Positions 1 to 11,689 of a stretch of 64,000 bases of DNA are shown here, piece by piece. This DNA comes from Spirogloea muscicola (taxonomy: Eukaryota): contig WELB01000008.1 of NCBI GenBank assembly GCA_009602725.1, forward strand, positions 1,050,720 to 1,114,719. The letters run 5' to 3'. The position numbers were made by a program, and so were the translations under genes. Under the pieces are notes generated by a model that worked only from the letters and a program-made list of their open reading frames with translations, was not told where the DNA came from and did no database searches. How positions within the stretch are numbered: position 1 is the stretch's first letter; each line of letters starts with the position of its first letter.

Positions 1-13
1 CGGCGGCGGCGGC

Positions 14-2518
14 ATGGGCGAGGCCGGGGCGCCGCCGCCGCCGCTGGTGCTGGTGCACGGCAGCTACCACGCGGCGTGGTGCTGGGCGCGCCACTGGATG
101 CCCCACCTGGCAGCCGCCGGCCACGACGTGCACGCCGTCAGCCTCCTCGGCCAGGTAGGTGCGCCGCCGACTGGCCGGGAACCTCTGCTGGGCGCCAGCC
201 GACGCCCTGCCGGAGCCCTCACCAAGACAGTGGCCGCGCGCGCTCGCCCAACTGGGCTAGCGACTGCAAAGTGATAGTCTCAAGCCGCCGTCGTGGGCTC
301 GTCACTGCCGAGCTCAACACTGTTGCTGCTGCTTGCATTGCCAGGGCGGGAGTGACGTCCCAGTCGGGCGCGTCGCTGGCACCCTCCAAGTACTCTCCCA
401 AAGCCCTGTCCAACACCTCGCGCCTCCGAGCAATGACCTGCCGACTTGCTGGATGCACGGGCAAACACATGAGCAGTCCAAGCCCCAAGCTCAAACCCCC
501 AGGACCCCGGCACACACAGCCAGACACGCAGCTGCAGCTCGTGCGCGGGGTGCTCGCAAGTGGTCGAGCATCAGTTGTGCAGGCCATCCAGACTTTTGAA
601 CGGGGGCGTAGAATGTGGATTGCTTGATGTGCTTTCACACAGAGTGGGGGCGTTTTGGAGATACAAGCCCTGGGCCTCCTGCCGCAAGTCTGCCGCATGC
701 CTTACTTTTCTTGCACAACTGGTGCTGCTATCTTAAAGGACTGACGTCAGAGGGCGGATGGGGCTGGCGGTTGCTTGACCGGAGCTCCGCTGGCGCCGTG
801 CTCTCTTCCAGAACAGGAGCACGCGGACTGCGTGGCGGACTTCATTGGCACCTTGCCGCGGCCGCCCGTTCTGATCGGCCATTCCTTTGGGGGCCTCATT
901 GTGCAAGCCTACCTCGCAGAGAAGGAGCAGAGTGTCGGGGACAGGACTGGTCAGCACGCCATCCTTGCCATCCTCTGCTGCAGCATTGTCAACGTCAACA
1001 TGCTATCGACATCAGGCTCCTCCGTTGCTTAGAATGGGTGTCTTAGCATATTCTTTGCACACCGTCCTGAGCGGCAATTGTGCGCAACATATCAGGAACA
1101 TCATTTCCCGTGCTGGCTGGGGCTGTCCTTGCGTGCTCCGTTCCTCCCACCGGCAACTCGTAAGCTCCGGTGCTTTTGTCAAATGACCATGGGTGGAAGA
1201 ATGGCAATCGTGAATGCGGTGCCTATTTTCAGATGATATTGCACCTGTCAACATGGACTTAGTGCATTGTATCTATGCCACTCATTACAGCTGCGGTGCA
1301 GCCTAGTGCAATCAAGGATTGCAAAGCTTCTCGATCACAAGTCCTCACTTTCTGCAGCAGGATTACAGCCTCTAGGAGTAGGCTTGATTGTGCTTGATGG
1401 TCTGAGGGGTAATGTGTTGAGGCCTGACTACTTAAGATGCCTAAAGCATCACATTAGCTCTCCCTGGCAGATCTGAGTTGATGCCTACCAACCTGTTCAA
1501 AACATCCAGCAGCCTAGAGTGTCCCTCCTTCAAGTTTGAAAGCTTTCGCCCATGCTTTCCCCCTCTCTCTCTCTTTCCCCATTGCTCTACAGGCAAGTCT
1601 CACGCCTACATTCTCTGGTCGCAGAAAGATGATCGCAAGGTTTTTCAGGGAGCGGCCACGTGAAAGTCTTCAGGTCAGTTTGACCGTACGCCTTGCACGG
1701 ATTGCCCCACTTGACTAGCAAACTTGCATTACATCTTGATTTGCCCTCTACAAGACAAACAGATGTTTGGTTGCTAAGATGATACAGCAGCGCCTGTAGA
1801 CATGACAGTGCGGGCTTCTCCAGTCATGCATTGTTGCCGCTAACAACACATTTGTTGGGCCTGGATGAGATAGATCTTCTGGAGTTTGGCAGCCAAGCGC
1901 TTTATGAGCAATGTCCCGCTATGTCGCAAGACCTTTTTCTCGCGCTCCATGCTGGACACTGAGGTTGCGAAGTAAGGTCGCTTGCAAGCCTGAGGCTAGG
2001 AGTAGGTAGTATCCTTGGAATGTCTTGTGGAACATGCCTGCTGAATTTCCTCGATTTAAAAGTCTGGCAGCCCCACCTTGTGTATTTTGTCCAGGTATCA
2101 GGACCTGATGCGAAACAGCTCCAAGCTGCCGCTCCTTGACCTCAGGCAGCTGAGCAAATCCCTCCCAGTGCGCAAGCCAGGCCGCAGCCGACCACCAATT
2201 ATGGTCCTCGGAGAATGACTTCATTGTGGTCAGCCCCAGGACTAATCTTCCAGATCTGCCTTGCCATTTATCAAAGTTCGTCACTGGCCCGTGATGCGGT
2301 TGATTATGATGCTGCGGGGTGCAGGGTTTAGGCAATCCAACTTCGCGCTGAATGACTCTGCTCATTGTGACTGGCAGGACCGTGCAGGGCTTGAAGAGAC
2401 AGCAGACTTCTTCAACACGAAAGCAGTATTGGTGCCGGATGTCGCTCACGATGTAATGCTAGACACAGGATGGAAGTGCGCTGCAAACGCTGTCCAGCAA
2501 TGGCTGATGGGCGTCTAG
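14..2518 (+). CDS. Alpha/beta-fold hydrolase (Abhydrolase family), multi-exon
   Basis: Spliced exons give PPLVLVHGSYHAAWCW...VSLLGQ|GGSD, nucleophile elbow LIGHSFGG (~875-895) and C-terminal DVAHDVMLD; stop TAG at 2516-2518. Confidence 0.88.
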
Positions 2519-3111
2519 AAGTGGGAGGAGTTCTTGTGCAGAGTTCCTCATCTAGGGAAGATAGGATTGTAACTTTCTTTCAGCGCTTACTAGAGCTACC
2601 TGGAAGATGTTAAAGAATGGCTGGTTTGTCAGTCCAACCTGTGATTGCTGGACAGCCTCAGCTGTACTAAATTGCGTCACCGTGTTCACAGCAACGCCAC
2701 GGCCAAGACATTGGGGCATTGCAAAGCGGGCAGAAGACATGCAGCCCAGATTACAGTGGGCCAATTGCGTTCTGGAAAAAGGGTCAGGGCTCCACGGTCG
2801 AGAACTCCAGTATTGCTGGACTTACTTTGGATGCGACACAAGGATGGTCGTGTGCGTGCGTGTTTCTTTGGCTCGCTCAGCAGTGTCATAATCGCGGGCC
2901 CACCACTCAATAATCTCCTCATTCGTGTGCACCTGCAAGCTTACGATTTGTAAGCAAGCCTTGACTTGCGGGAAGCAGGCCCGAGTGAAAATTACAGAGA
3001 GTGCGCTTAACTTTGTATTTTGCGGCCTACATATTGGTAGACAGGACAGTGTCATCATGTCAGAGTCCGTTGCATTGCTTGTTAATGATGTAGTAGATGC
3101 TAAGTAGTGGG

Positions 3112-5879
3112 TTATTGAAATTGGAGATGAGAGCTGACTACGTCTGGGCCAGAGCGGGCTGATGAGAGAGTGGGGGACGTAAGCACCTCAGAGCAGAAAG
3201 TGCGAGCACTTTTCAGAAGGTGAAGGCCTGCATAGTGGTCATGCCTCAGCGCCGTTGTCCTGATGTGCAGCCCTCCCTCGGCAGGATCCACCACCTCATT
3301 GGACTTTGCTGCCCGCACCTGATGCATGGGAGGATGCTGGCTGGCTAAGGAAAGGACAGCAGTCTAGAGTTGCTCACTCGGGCCATTTAACATTGCCATG
3401 CTAACGAGACAAGCAGGGAGCAGAGCCCAACAGCTCCATCTGAAATACGCGCTGGCTGTGCAACAGAAGAAGGTGCAGGGCGTTTAAGAAGATGCAGAAT
3501 CGAGCCATGTGCCCAGCAATGGATGCGCAGATGAGCCTGGCATATTTTCTGTCATCTCAGAAGCTAGACCCGTACCTTGCACCTTGCATTGACAAGTAAT
3601 ACAATAATTAAGATGGTCAAGTGGCCTGCCAGTCACCTTCCGGGGGTTGATGAAGAGTTTGCGGTCCCCCCGCTTGCCAGGGCAGAGCTCAGGATCCACC
3701 TTGTCACTGCCCTCCTCGGCGCAAAAGTAGTGGGGCCATGTAAACACCATGCGCTCGACCGGCCAGCTCTCCTTGGCCTTCGGGGGCGTGCACTTGTTGG
3801 TGCTCCACCACCGCGCGCCGTGCGACAGCCATGGCTCACTCTCGTGGGCGTTGAGGATGTTTGGCAGCGGGTTGTGGGGGTCCACCCAGAGATAGTCATC
3901 CCACTCCCCCCACAGCACCCACTGGGAGTCGAATGCCGAGCGGTAGATGCAGTCGTTTAGCGCCAGCACCTGCACAGTGCCCCGAGTATTGTGCAAGTCT
4001 GTCATTATCAGTCCATGGCGTCCTGTAAACTGTGTGAGCCAGTGTGGCAGCAGCCGTGGTAGCTCTGCCAGAGCACAGAGCCCAGTGCACAGTGAAGCAC
4101 GGGGACTCGTCCAATGGCTTGATCACATGCTGAGAGCCGTGCTGTGAGGAAGAGCCCTGCGAGTGTGGCTACCTGTCCAGACTTATACAGGCCAAACTTC
4201 TCGACGCCCCTTAAGGAGGTAATGTGCAGCAGGCCTGTCTTCAGGAAGGGCTTCAGCTTGGCCAGCTGGGTGTTGTCCAGAGCTCCAGCATCGTAAGCTA
4301 TGGACTTCTCAACGCCCAGCCCTCTGTGGAACTCCATCCATTCCGCCAGCCTCTGGCCATCCACCGGCCCTCCAGTCGCATCGGAGATGGGCACCGAGCA
4401 GAATGTCAGCTTATGCCTGTACGGAGCTTCTGGCTCGAGCAGGTGAGCTGTCTTGACACCGCCCTCCTCCCTGTACAGTAACACCTCTTCGTGATCAAGC
4501 GTCGCCACCAGCTCTCCTCCCTTCTGGCCAGTTGCGCTTTCAAGTGTGCACTGCAAAATTGATGACCCTTTCAGTTGGAATTCTTTGAAGAGATCAAAGC
4601 AATGAACAGCTAGAGTTGCATACAAGCTTGCCAACCAAGCATGCATGCACAAGTTAACACACGAGCCTTCCTTGAGCGCTCAAGGTTTGACCAATTCTTG
4701 ACATGAAAGGATATTGCTGCATTGTTGGACGAGGTATATTAACTGGCAGTTTTGGTAATGGAGATGACCTGAATGATGATGACCTCATATGGCATGCGTT
4801 CCTCCTCGCCAGGGTAGAGTAGCTCCACCTTGCCAAGGATCTCCTTTCCTGAGGCTCCTCGCCAAGTGCAGTCTGATACCCTTCTGTGCTGCTTGAGAAC
4901 TGAATATATACAGCATGCATGCATCAGATGTGCAGGTCCTCGCACTGATTTGGACGTTGATGGGGCCAAGAAGAGGCTCATAGCATCACATTTTTCACTT
5001 GTTTGCAGCAGCAGAAGCATTTGCGTTTGTGAGCAGTCATAAGATCCAGTGCCAAGGTACGAAACGACCTGACTAGAACGACCTGACAATGTGGCCAGAT
5101 GGTTTGCAGTCAACACCAAGCAGAGGATGATGAGAGTCATTGTCGTCTACAGCTAAGTTAGCAGCTGATGAGCGCCCCTTAAAGGTGTGTCTCTGGCAGC
5201 CTACCAGTTGCACCAAAGCCGATGGTTGCAAATCTCTGCTTATCAATCCTGTATGCGCTGAATTGCACAAATCCGTAAGGTCCACGACCCACGAACTGGT
5301 GCTGCTTCCACTCCGCTTGCATGGGAGCAGTGCTGCAAGGGGAAAGGCTTTAAGGTGAGGACTTTGGATAGTTTTTGCAAGGCGACGGGATTGGCTACCT
5401 CAAGCGCCAGATCTTTGGGCCAGGCAGACAAACGGGCGCACCAAAAGGAGCGTGACGGACAGTATATCTCGCAAACTTTCAGTACATGAATACCGAAGCG
5501 CAGCACCCAGTGCCAGCCAATGCTGCCGTGCGCATTAATGTGCAGAAAGGTAGCGGAGTCAGGGGGATTCTCTTGGTATGACATGAAATGGAGAGAGCGG
5601 CGGTGGCATAGCCTGCAGCTCGGGCAGAAGTGGCAGACCGCAATGGAGGGCCAGAGAAGCAAACTGCTGGTCATGAGGCACACACCTCACAACATCCGCA
5701 AGCCTGGACTCGCATTCCCGGCGCATGGTGTGTTTCATCTCGTGGATGTTGAAGTGGATGGAGAGGAGCAGGTACTTGATGGCGAACAGCAAGCAGATGA
5801 TGAGCGAGATGGTGCCGAACTTCTTAGTCAGCCGCATCCAGAGTGGGTCCCCGACCAGCTTCTTCATGGTTGCGACCAT
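3112..5879 (-). CDS. Glycosyltransferase family 92 (DUF23), galactan beta-1,4-galactosyltransferase (GALS)-like, type II membrane protein
   Basis: N-terminal TM (FGTISLIICLLFAIKYLLL), FVQFSAYR...FATIG, RLAEWMEFHRGLG...YDAG, GQVLALNDCIYRS...WVLWGEWDDYL, RKLFINPR, HDHY; these resemble plant GALS motifs. Confidence 0.8.
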
Positions 5880-6139
5880 GGCAAGAGGCGCAGACGGGCC
5901 CGCCGAGCCGGGGACGGCCGAGGCCCCCCTCCCGCAGCAGAGCGAGTCCTGCTAGTGCCTCTGAGCAGCCGTTTCCTCAGAAGGCGGGGCAGCTCGGGGC
6001 GGCCACGCTGCAGCCTGGCCCCGCGGCGCCGGCGCCGCCCGCGAGCGCCAGGGGGGCAGGTAGGGGGAAGAGGAATGCGGGGGCCAGGATCGTCGGGGTG
6101 GTCAGGGGCTCTCCTTGATGGCTTCCTTCTGCTGCTAGC

Positions 6140-7100
6140 GCAGGCGTCTTGTCCTGACCTGCGGCTGCTCAACAGGGGAGGGGGCTATTTGTTCTGTTTT
6201 TCTGGGCTGGCTTTTTTCCAAGTGTATCGAATGCGCCTGGCTGTCTCGCTGCAGAGGTCCATGGCCCGGGCGCTGCACCTTCGTGCCGGCAGAGCCCTCG
6301 CTGCTGCCTCTGGCTCTGGCCAGGGGACCCACTTCCAGGAGCCCAGCATCTCTGATCTGCGGCTGCTTAGCAGGGGTTACTGAGTGTCTCGTAGCAGCTT
6401 TGTTTCTGTTACTTAGCGCTTCCCCTGGCCCCCTTCTCGTACTCTGTTCATTCTTTTTCGGGCTGGTTGTTCCAGCCCCTATTCTCAATGGGCGAGCACT
6501 TTCTTCTTTTTTCCAGCCCCTATCCTCAATGGGCGAGCCTTCTTCAATGGGCGAGCCCTTCTTCTACATGTATTGAGCACCCAGTTGCCACCTGGGTCGC
6601 TGTGTGCTCAACACTCTTCAGAGCAAAACCATTGGGTTCTTCTGAAGAAGAAGTGGCACTCCCAATTTCTTTTCTAATGGGGGCAAGGGCTGCAAAAAGC
6701 CAGCCCAAAAAAGAATTGACAAAGGAAGAAAGTGCTCGCTGGAGGACTTCTTCCTTCTGTTGTCCGGTCCGGGCGACCAGGCGCGGGCTGTGCCTTTCGC
6801 CAGGCCCCTGCGGCCGGCCCCTGCGAGGCGCCTCGGGTCGAGAAGGCGCCAGCGTGGCGCTGGCGCAAGTGTATCGCATGCGCTTGGCCGTCTCGCTGCA
6901 GAGGTCCATGGCCCGTGCGCTGCACCTTCGTGCCGGACGAGCCCTCGCTGCTGCCTCTGGCTCTGTCCAGGGGACCCACTTCCAGGACCCTAGCCTCTCT
7001 GATTTGCGGCTGCTTAGCAGGGGTTACTGAGTGATTTGTAGCTGCTTTCTTTCTGTGTGCTTTGGTTTCTTAGCGCTTCCTTAGGGCTTTTTGGCTTCGC
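6140..7100. mobile_element. Cluster of 5'-truncated non-LTR retrotransposon 3' ends plus associated 3'-UTR repeats
   Basis: Two + strand copies encoding QVYRMRLAVSLQRSMARALHLRAGRALAAASG...DLRLLSRGY* (end 6383 and 7030); GGGCTGG-CCAGCCC hairpin and ATGGGCGAGC tail after the first; inverted related repeat at ~6650-6740. Confidence 0.8.
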
Positions 7101-7883
7101 TTTGAGAAAAAACCCCCCCACGGGCCGGCCTTTCCGACGGCGCTTAGGACCTGGTAAGTAGGAGCGGCTCTTCCGTAGGAGAAAGTAACAGCTTCTTCGA
7201 GCCAGGCGATGGCCAGGTCAAAGGCAAGCCCAGAGCGAACAGGAAGCGCTTCGAAAGGGGCGAGGCTCTGAAAAGGGGAGCCCAAAGAAGAAATAGCTCG
7301 TATGAGAATTGAGGGTGTAGACTTTCTACAATACCCATTATCCTTGTTCTGTAGCAGTATATACATGAGAGGAGGAGGCTGCGGGCGGCATGGGCAGGTC
7401 ATGCAGGTGCCCACTGAGTGACAGGTATCCAGATGCCCTTACCTAAGGAAACAACTCCACCAGTAAGCAGCAGAACGAGCCGAGAAAATGAGTGAACCGT
7501 GACCAAGAGAAACAACCCTGTGAGACTTCATAGTAAGAAAACAAAGATATGTGCAACTACTGCTGTGACAGAGGATAAACGGGCGTAGATGGACTGGATT
7601 GCTGATTCAAGTAGCTACAAGCTGATGCACTGCTAAGAAACTCTCAGAGCCAACCCACTTGAGAGAGTTCCTTCTGTTGTCGTACTTGATAGAGCCCATG
7701 GAGCTACGTGACGACTCTATGCATGTAGAACAAGTAGTCGTAATGAGCGTTGGGTGCAGCGCAGACGATTCAGATGTGCTATATCAACGTGCACCAAGTA
7801 TATAGCACAAGTACTTCAAAGAAATGGTCAAAGCACATGTTTGACAAAGTGGCTGGGGGATCCAATTTGGCATGCTCTACACG

Positions 7884-10800
7884 TCATAAGCTGCTCATGC
7901 TGCTAAGGGTTGGCCAGAGCCATGCGTCCATGCAACCCTCTATTAGCGAGCGTGCTCGGTAGATTGCATCTGGTCTCGAACATAAGGAGGCATCTCCTGC
8001 ACATGAAGGCATGCTAAATGTCAACAGTGCCAAGCGCCTAATCAACCATGTGATCATCACGCTCCTTAAGCCTCCGGCTTACTACTCAACAGAAGCTATC
8101 TCAGAGAACATAGAGAACCTTTGCCAGTGTTAGGTATGTATGATGCAGCAATGTTGTTCATATCATGGGCATACCAAAGGCTTGATACGGGCCTTGAGGA
8201 CATCCTCGAAGGTCAGAGCCATGTCCACAATTGCTACAAGTGATGACAAGAGCAGGTTCTGACACAGGAAGGCAAAACGGAAATAGACGTTGCAGCAATG
8301 AGCATGATCTCCATGATCAGATCATGCCTGGGAGGTGGATAATCTCCACAAAGCTACGCCAGTCCTGGGCCCCAGTTTACATTGCAGATAAAGCTTCTGG
8401 TCAAGATAAAATGTCAAGCTATGTTGTACCTGACCACCTCCGCCTGCTTCACTTGGGTGGGCTGTGGAGAGGCAAGATACCTGAGATGGAAGAGTTTTGC
8501 TTTGATGCATGGCGCCAGGGGTCTTGCGATCCATTTGTGAAAATTATGTGAGAACCTAGCAAGTAGCCCATGCCAATCAACCACTGTTGCTCAGATCATC
8601 TTCTTCTCTTTGAAAACTTTATGAGCATTTAGCATCTTCTCGTCAAGTGTAAAAAGTGCTGGCTTTGTAAAGCAGCGCACCGGCAATCTTCCTCCCACCA
8701 TAGTATGTGTTTGTAGCTTTGGCATCTGGCAACAACTTCTTCTCAAAAAGCTCATCACACATATTAGCATGATATCTGTGAAACGAGGCACATCGTCACG
8801 TATTGCTCCACATCTGGAGCATGTGCATATATATAGGCTCTACTTATGGACATATGTGGACCTTCAGCTGGTCCCTTGCCATGCTCTTTGAGTATACAGC
8901 ATGAGTAGATAGGATTGAGCATTAAGTATGCAGCATGAGTAGACAGGATTGAGAAACAAGTAAAATAGGACAATCTGTTGATGAGAAAGTCAGGGTAAGA
9001 GGTAGCAGACTGACGTGAAGTTTATGGAGGCCGAACGGAGCGGTTCCTCCTCTGGAGCAGTCTGAAAGAAGCCAAATTCTGTGCATGTTTGATACCACCA
9101 TTGTCTTCCAGCTGCCAGCTCAGGATGTGCCGCAAAGGCTTCATCATATGTCATGACATTCTCATGCCAGTGATAGGTACTGGCTTTATCACTGCACTGC
9201 AATTGTGCCTTACCACGACACACGCATATAATAAGATCTATGTGAGGCACCCAAGTCTGACGAACTCAAAGCTGAGGAGCATGCAAGTATATCATCCATT
9301 GACCGCGTACTGTCACTCACAGCTGGCAGGTAATGGCGTGACATTGCTGAGGAACTCTCGGGTGTAGGTGAAAGGGTCAACACCAAATCGGCTGTAGAAG
9401 AAGCTATTTACATATGCTGCAAACTCCTCCTGCAAGACAGACCAACCTCGTCCGCTATTCAATGCAAATGCAATGTTGCCAACATGACAGGACAGTCTTG
9501 CTACCAGGGTTGTGTAAGCTTGTAAGAATACAGTGCCATTTCTGCAGACATTGAGAAGGTCTTCAGAGCACCTGTAATGTAATAATAAGGATGATTTTAA
9601 GCACGTCTCATTCCTTGACTTGTTTGATGACCAAGCTTACCATGAGATCAAAACCAGCTCGGCTTGCAGCAACCAGTGGGCCACACAGTACACTTGGGTG
9701 ACCATATTGCATCTGCAATCTTGACATTAATCAGATCCAACTCAATAGGATAATCCGTGCCAGGCAGATGTGAATGGTACTCAAGCCCGCACTCACACAA
9801 GGTCAGCCACAGAGGCATTGGTAAGTTTCACATCAACCTCGCTGACACTGTTGCACATCGTGACCCACCGCAAGAGCTGCAGCGTCGGCAAGCAAGTACA
9901 GGAAGTCCTCGTTATTTGCCACCTGCAATTTGTGCTGATGTGCGTAAAAAATGCAGAGGTATCGCCAAGGTAGGTAACAGCAAGACTGCTTGCTACTGGC
10001 AAACAGCGGCAGCTATAGTAAGCGAAGTTGCAGTTTCATTGTCAGGTGCAAATAAGGACTTGCCTGCTGGGCCCCAAATAATTCCTTGACTGCTGTCTCA
10101 TCCTTTGCTAGGCCATGCTCCACCAAGTCTGTGACCCTCCTCAAAGCAGCTGCACATTGAGGTCCAGCAGACCGAGCAACCTGCAGGGACGACAGTGTGT
10201 AAGGGTTGTGCCTGCACAGACTAGCACAGCACAGGTCAATATTTCCTGAAAGCATATAATTCAAGGACAGCATGGTGATGTGGCCGAATAATTATAAGCT
10301 CCACAAGCCTCAAGTTGCAGCCAAACATCCAAGCTGACAGTAACGTGGTCTTGCAGCTGTGCGTAGGTAAGCCTGCACAGGACCAAGGCAAAAAGAAGGA
10401 GCTTTGTCCTCGCGTGCAATAGTTACCTGCATGTCAAATGCTGTGTAGTTGACAATGGCATGTACGACAGCCGAGCTCGCCAGGCTTCCAAGTGTGAGAT
10501 GAGGAAACTTGAGCCTGAACCAGGCACTCAAAGCCCCTGGATAGGAGACGCCTATTACGAACCACGGATTGTCTCCTGAATATCTAGTGCGATTATAACG
10601 CCTGTTGATGGAACCCTGCACCATCATTCCCTCAAAGGTCAGGCATTACTTGACCAGTATCATGGGCATGGGTCCAGCTCTCACTCTCTTACTGCGGCAG
10701 CCTCCATGTACAGACAGCTGTGTCTTGCCTGATAAAAGTGGCGGAAGGTGGCCAAGTCGAAGATGGCCTGCTTGGATGAAAGATAACGCAGATTCTCAGT

Positions 10801-11585
10801 TGAAAGGGAGGAGAATGGCCAACTCTCGCCATAGTACCGATGCTCCAGTGCAACTAGTGCAGCTCCATACTTTGCTGCCAACACCTGCTTATATAGCAAA
10901 CCACCCGCAGTAAATTGTGGCTGCTACTCCACTAAGTTGGTTGACGATTTGGTCAGCAGGACAAGCCTTCTTCAACTCCGCAAGCACATGTGCACTGTGC
11001 TTGGTGGTGCTGGGATGTACTGTATTATCGCCGTGGCAAAGGCATGGCAACTTCTGCTGGAAGTTACCACTGTGTAGTCATTCTGGATGCCTGGGCACAC
11101 GTACTCCCCACAGACAATAAGAAAGATTGGTCCATCAGGCTCCCTGAAGTGCGTGAGAGACTCAAAATATCGTTGTTTGAAGAACGCAGTGGCCTGGATC
11201 ACGTAAAGACCACGGCATCTGTGAGCAAAGTCAAACTACACGATGCCTCGACGCCACATTGCAGGTGGAATCCTGCAATCGTCAGTGATTGTGCCCTGCG
11301 AATGCCATCTCAGTCACCGATCAGCTGTGTGCTAGCGCAAAACAGTGCTCGAGAATGTCAGGCGGACCAGCTGAGGCCAAGTGACTGGCATTTGGCGGCA
11401 AGAGAGGCCCACCGCAGGCGCAAAGTGGTCGACGGTCTGGCGGAATTGGCCTCCTGCTGATCAGGCACGGCCACAGTCGAGCCTGGCATGATCAGCGTGC
11501 GGAGGCCAGCCGCCGGGCCGGCGGCAATGAGGCAGGCGAGCAGCAGAAGGACCGGCGGCGGCCGTGCTAAGCCTGCGACCGCCAT
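7884..11585 (-). CDS. Serine carboxypeptidase S28 family (prolylcarboxypeptidase / EDA2-like), secreted; apparent 1-nt frameshift in exon 1
   Basis: Signal peptide, QTVDHF, FKQRYF, LEHRYYGES, GVSYPGALSAWFRLKFPH, WWYQTCTEFGFFQTAP, IIFTNGSQDPWRHAS, CGHGSDLRGCP; stop TGA at 7884-7886. Confidence 0.9.
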
Positions 11586-11689
11586 GGCGGGGCGCGCGTT
11601 GGCCAGCGAGGCCGTGAGAGCGGACTCGGATGCGGGAGAAGCTTTCAGATGTAAACGTAATCTGAGACGCTCTTAGACTTCTCAGAGTC

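Noticed and set aside
5520..6383. 287-aa + strand ORF
   Set aside because: Antisense to GT92 exon 1 and reads into a retroelement tail; no coherent domain
7070..7520. Minus-strand ORF with possible splice sites
   Set aside because: No recognisable domain; runs into retroelement repeats
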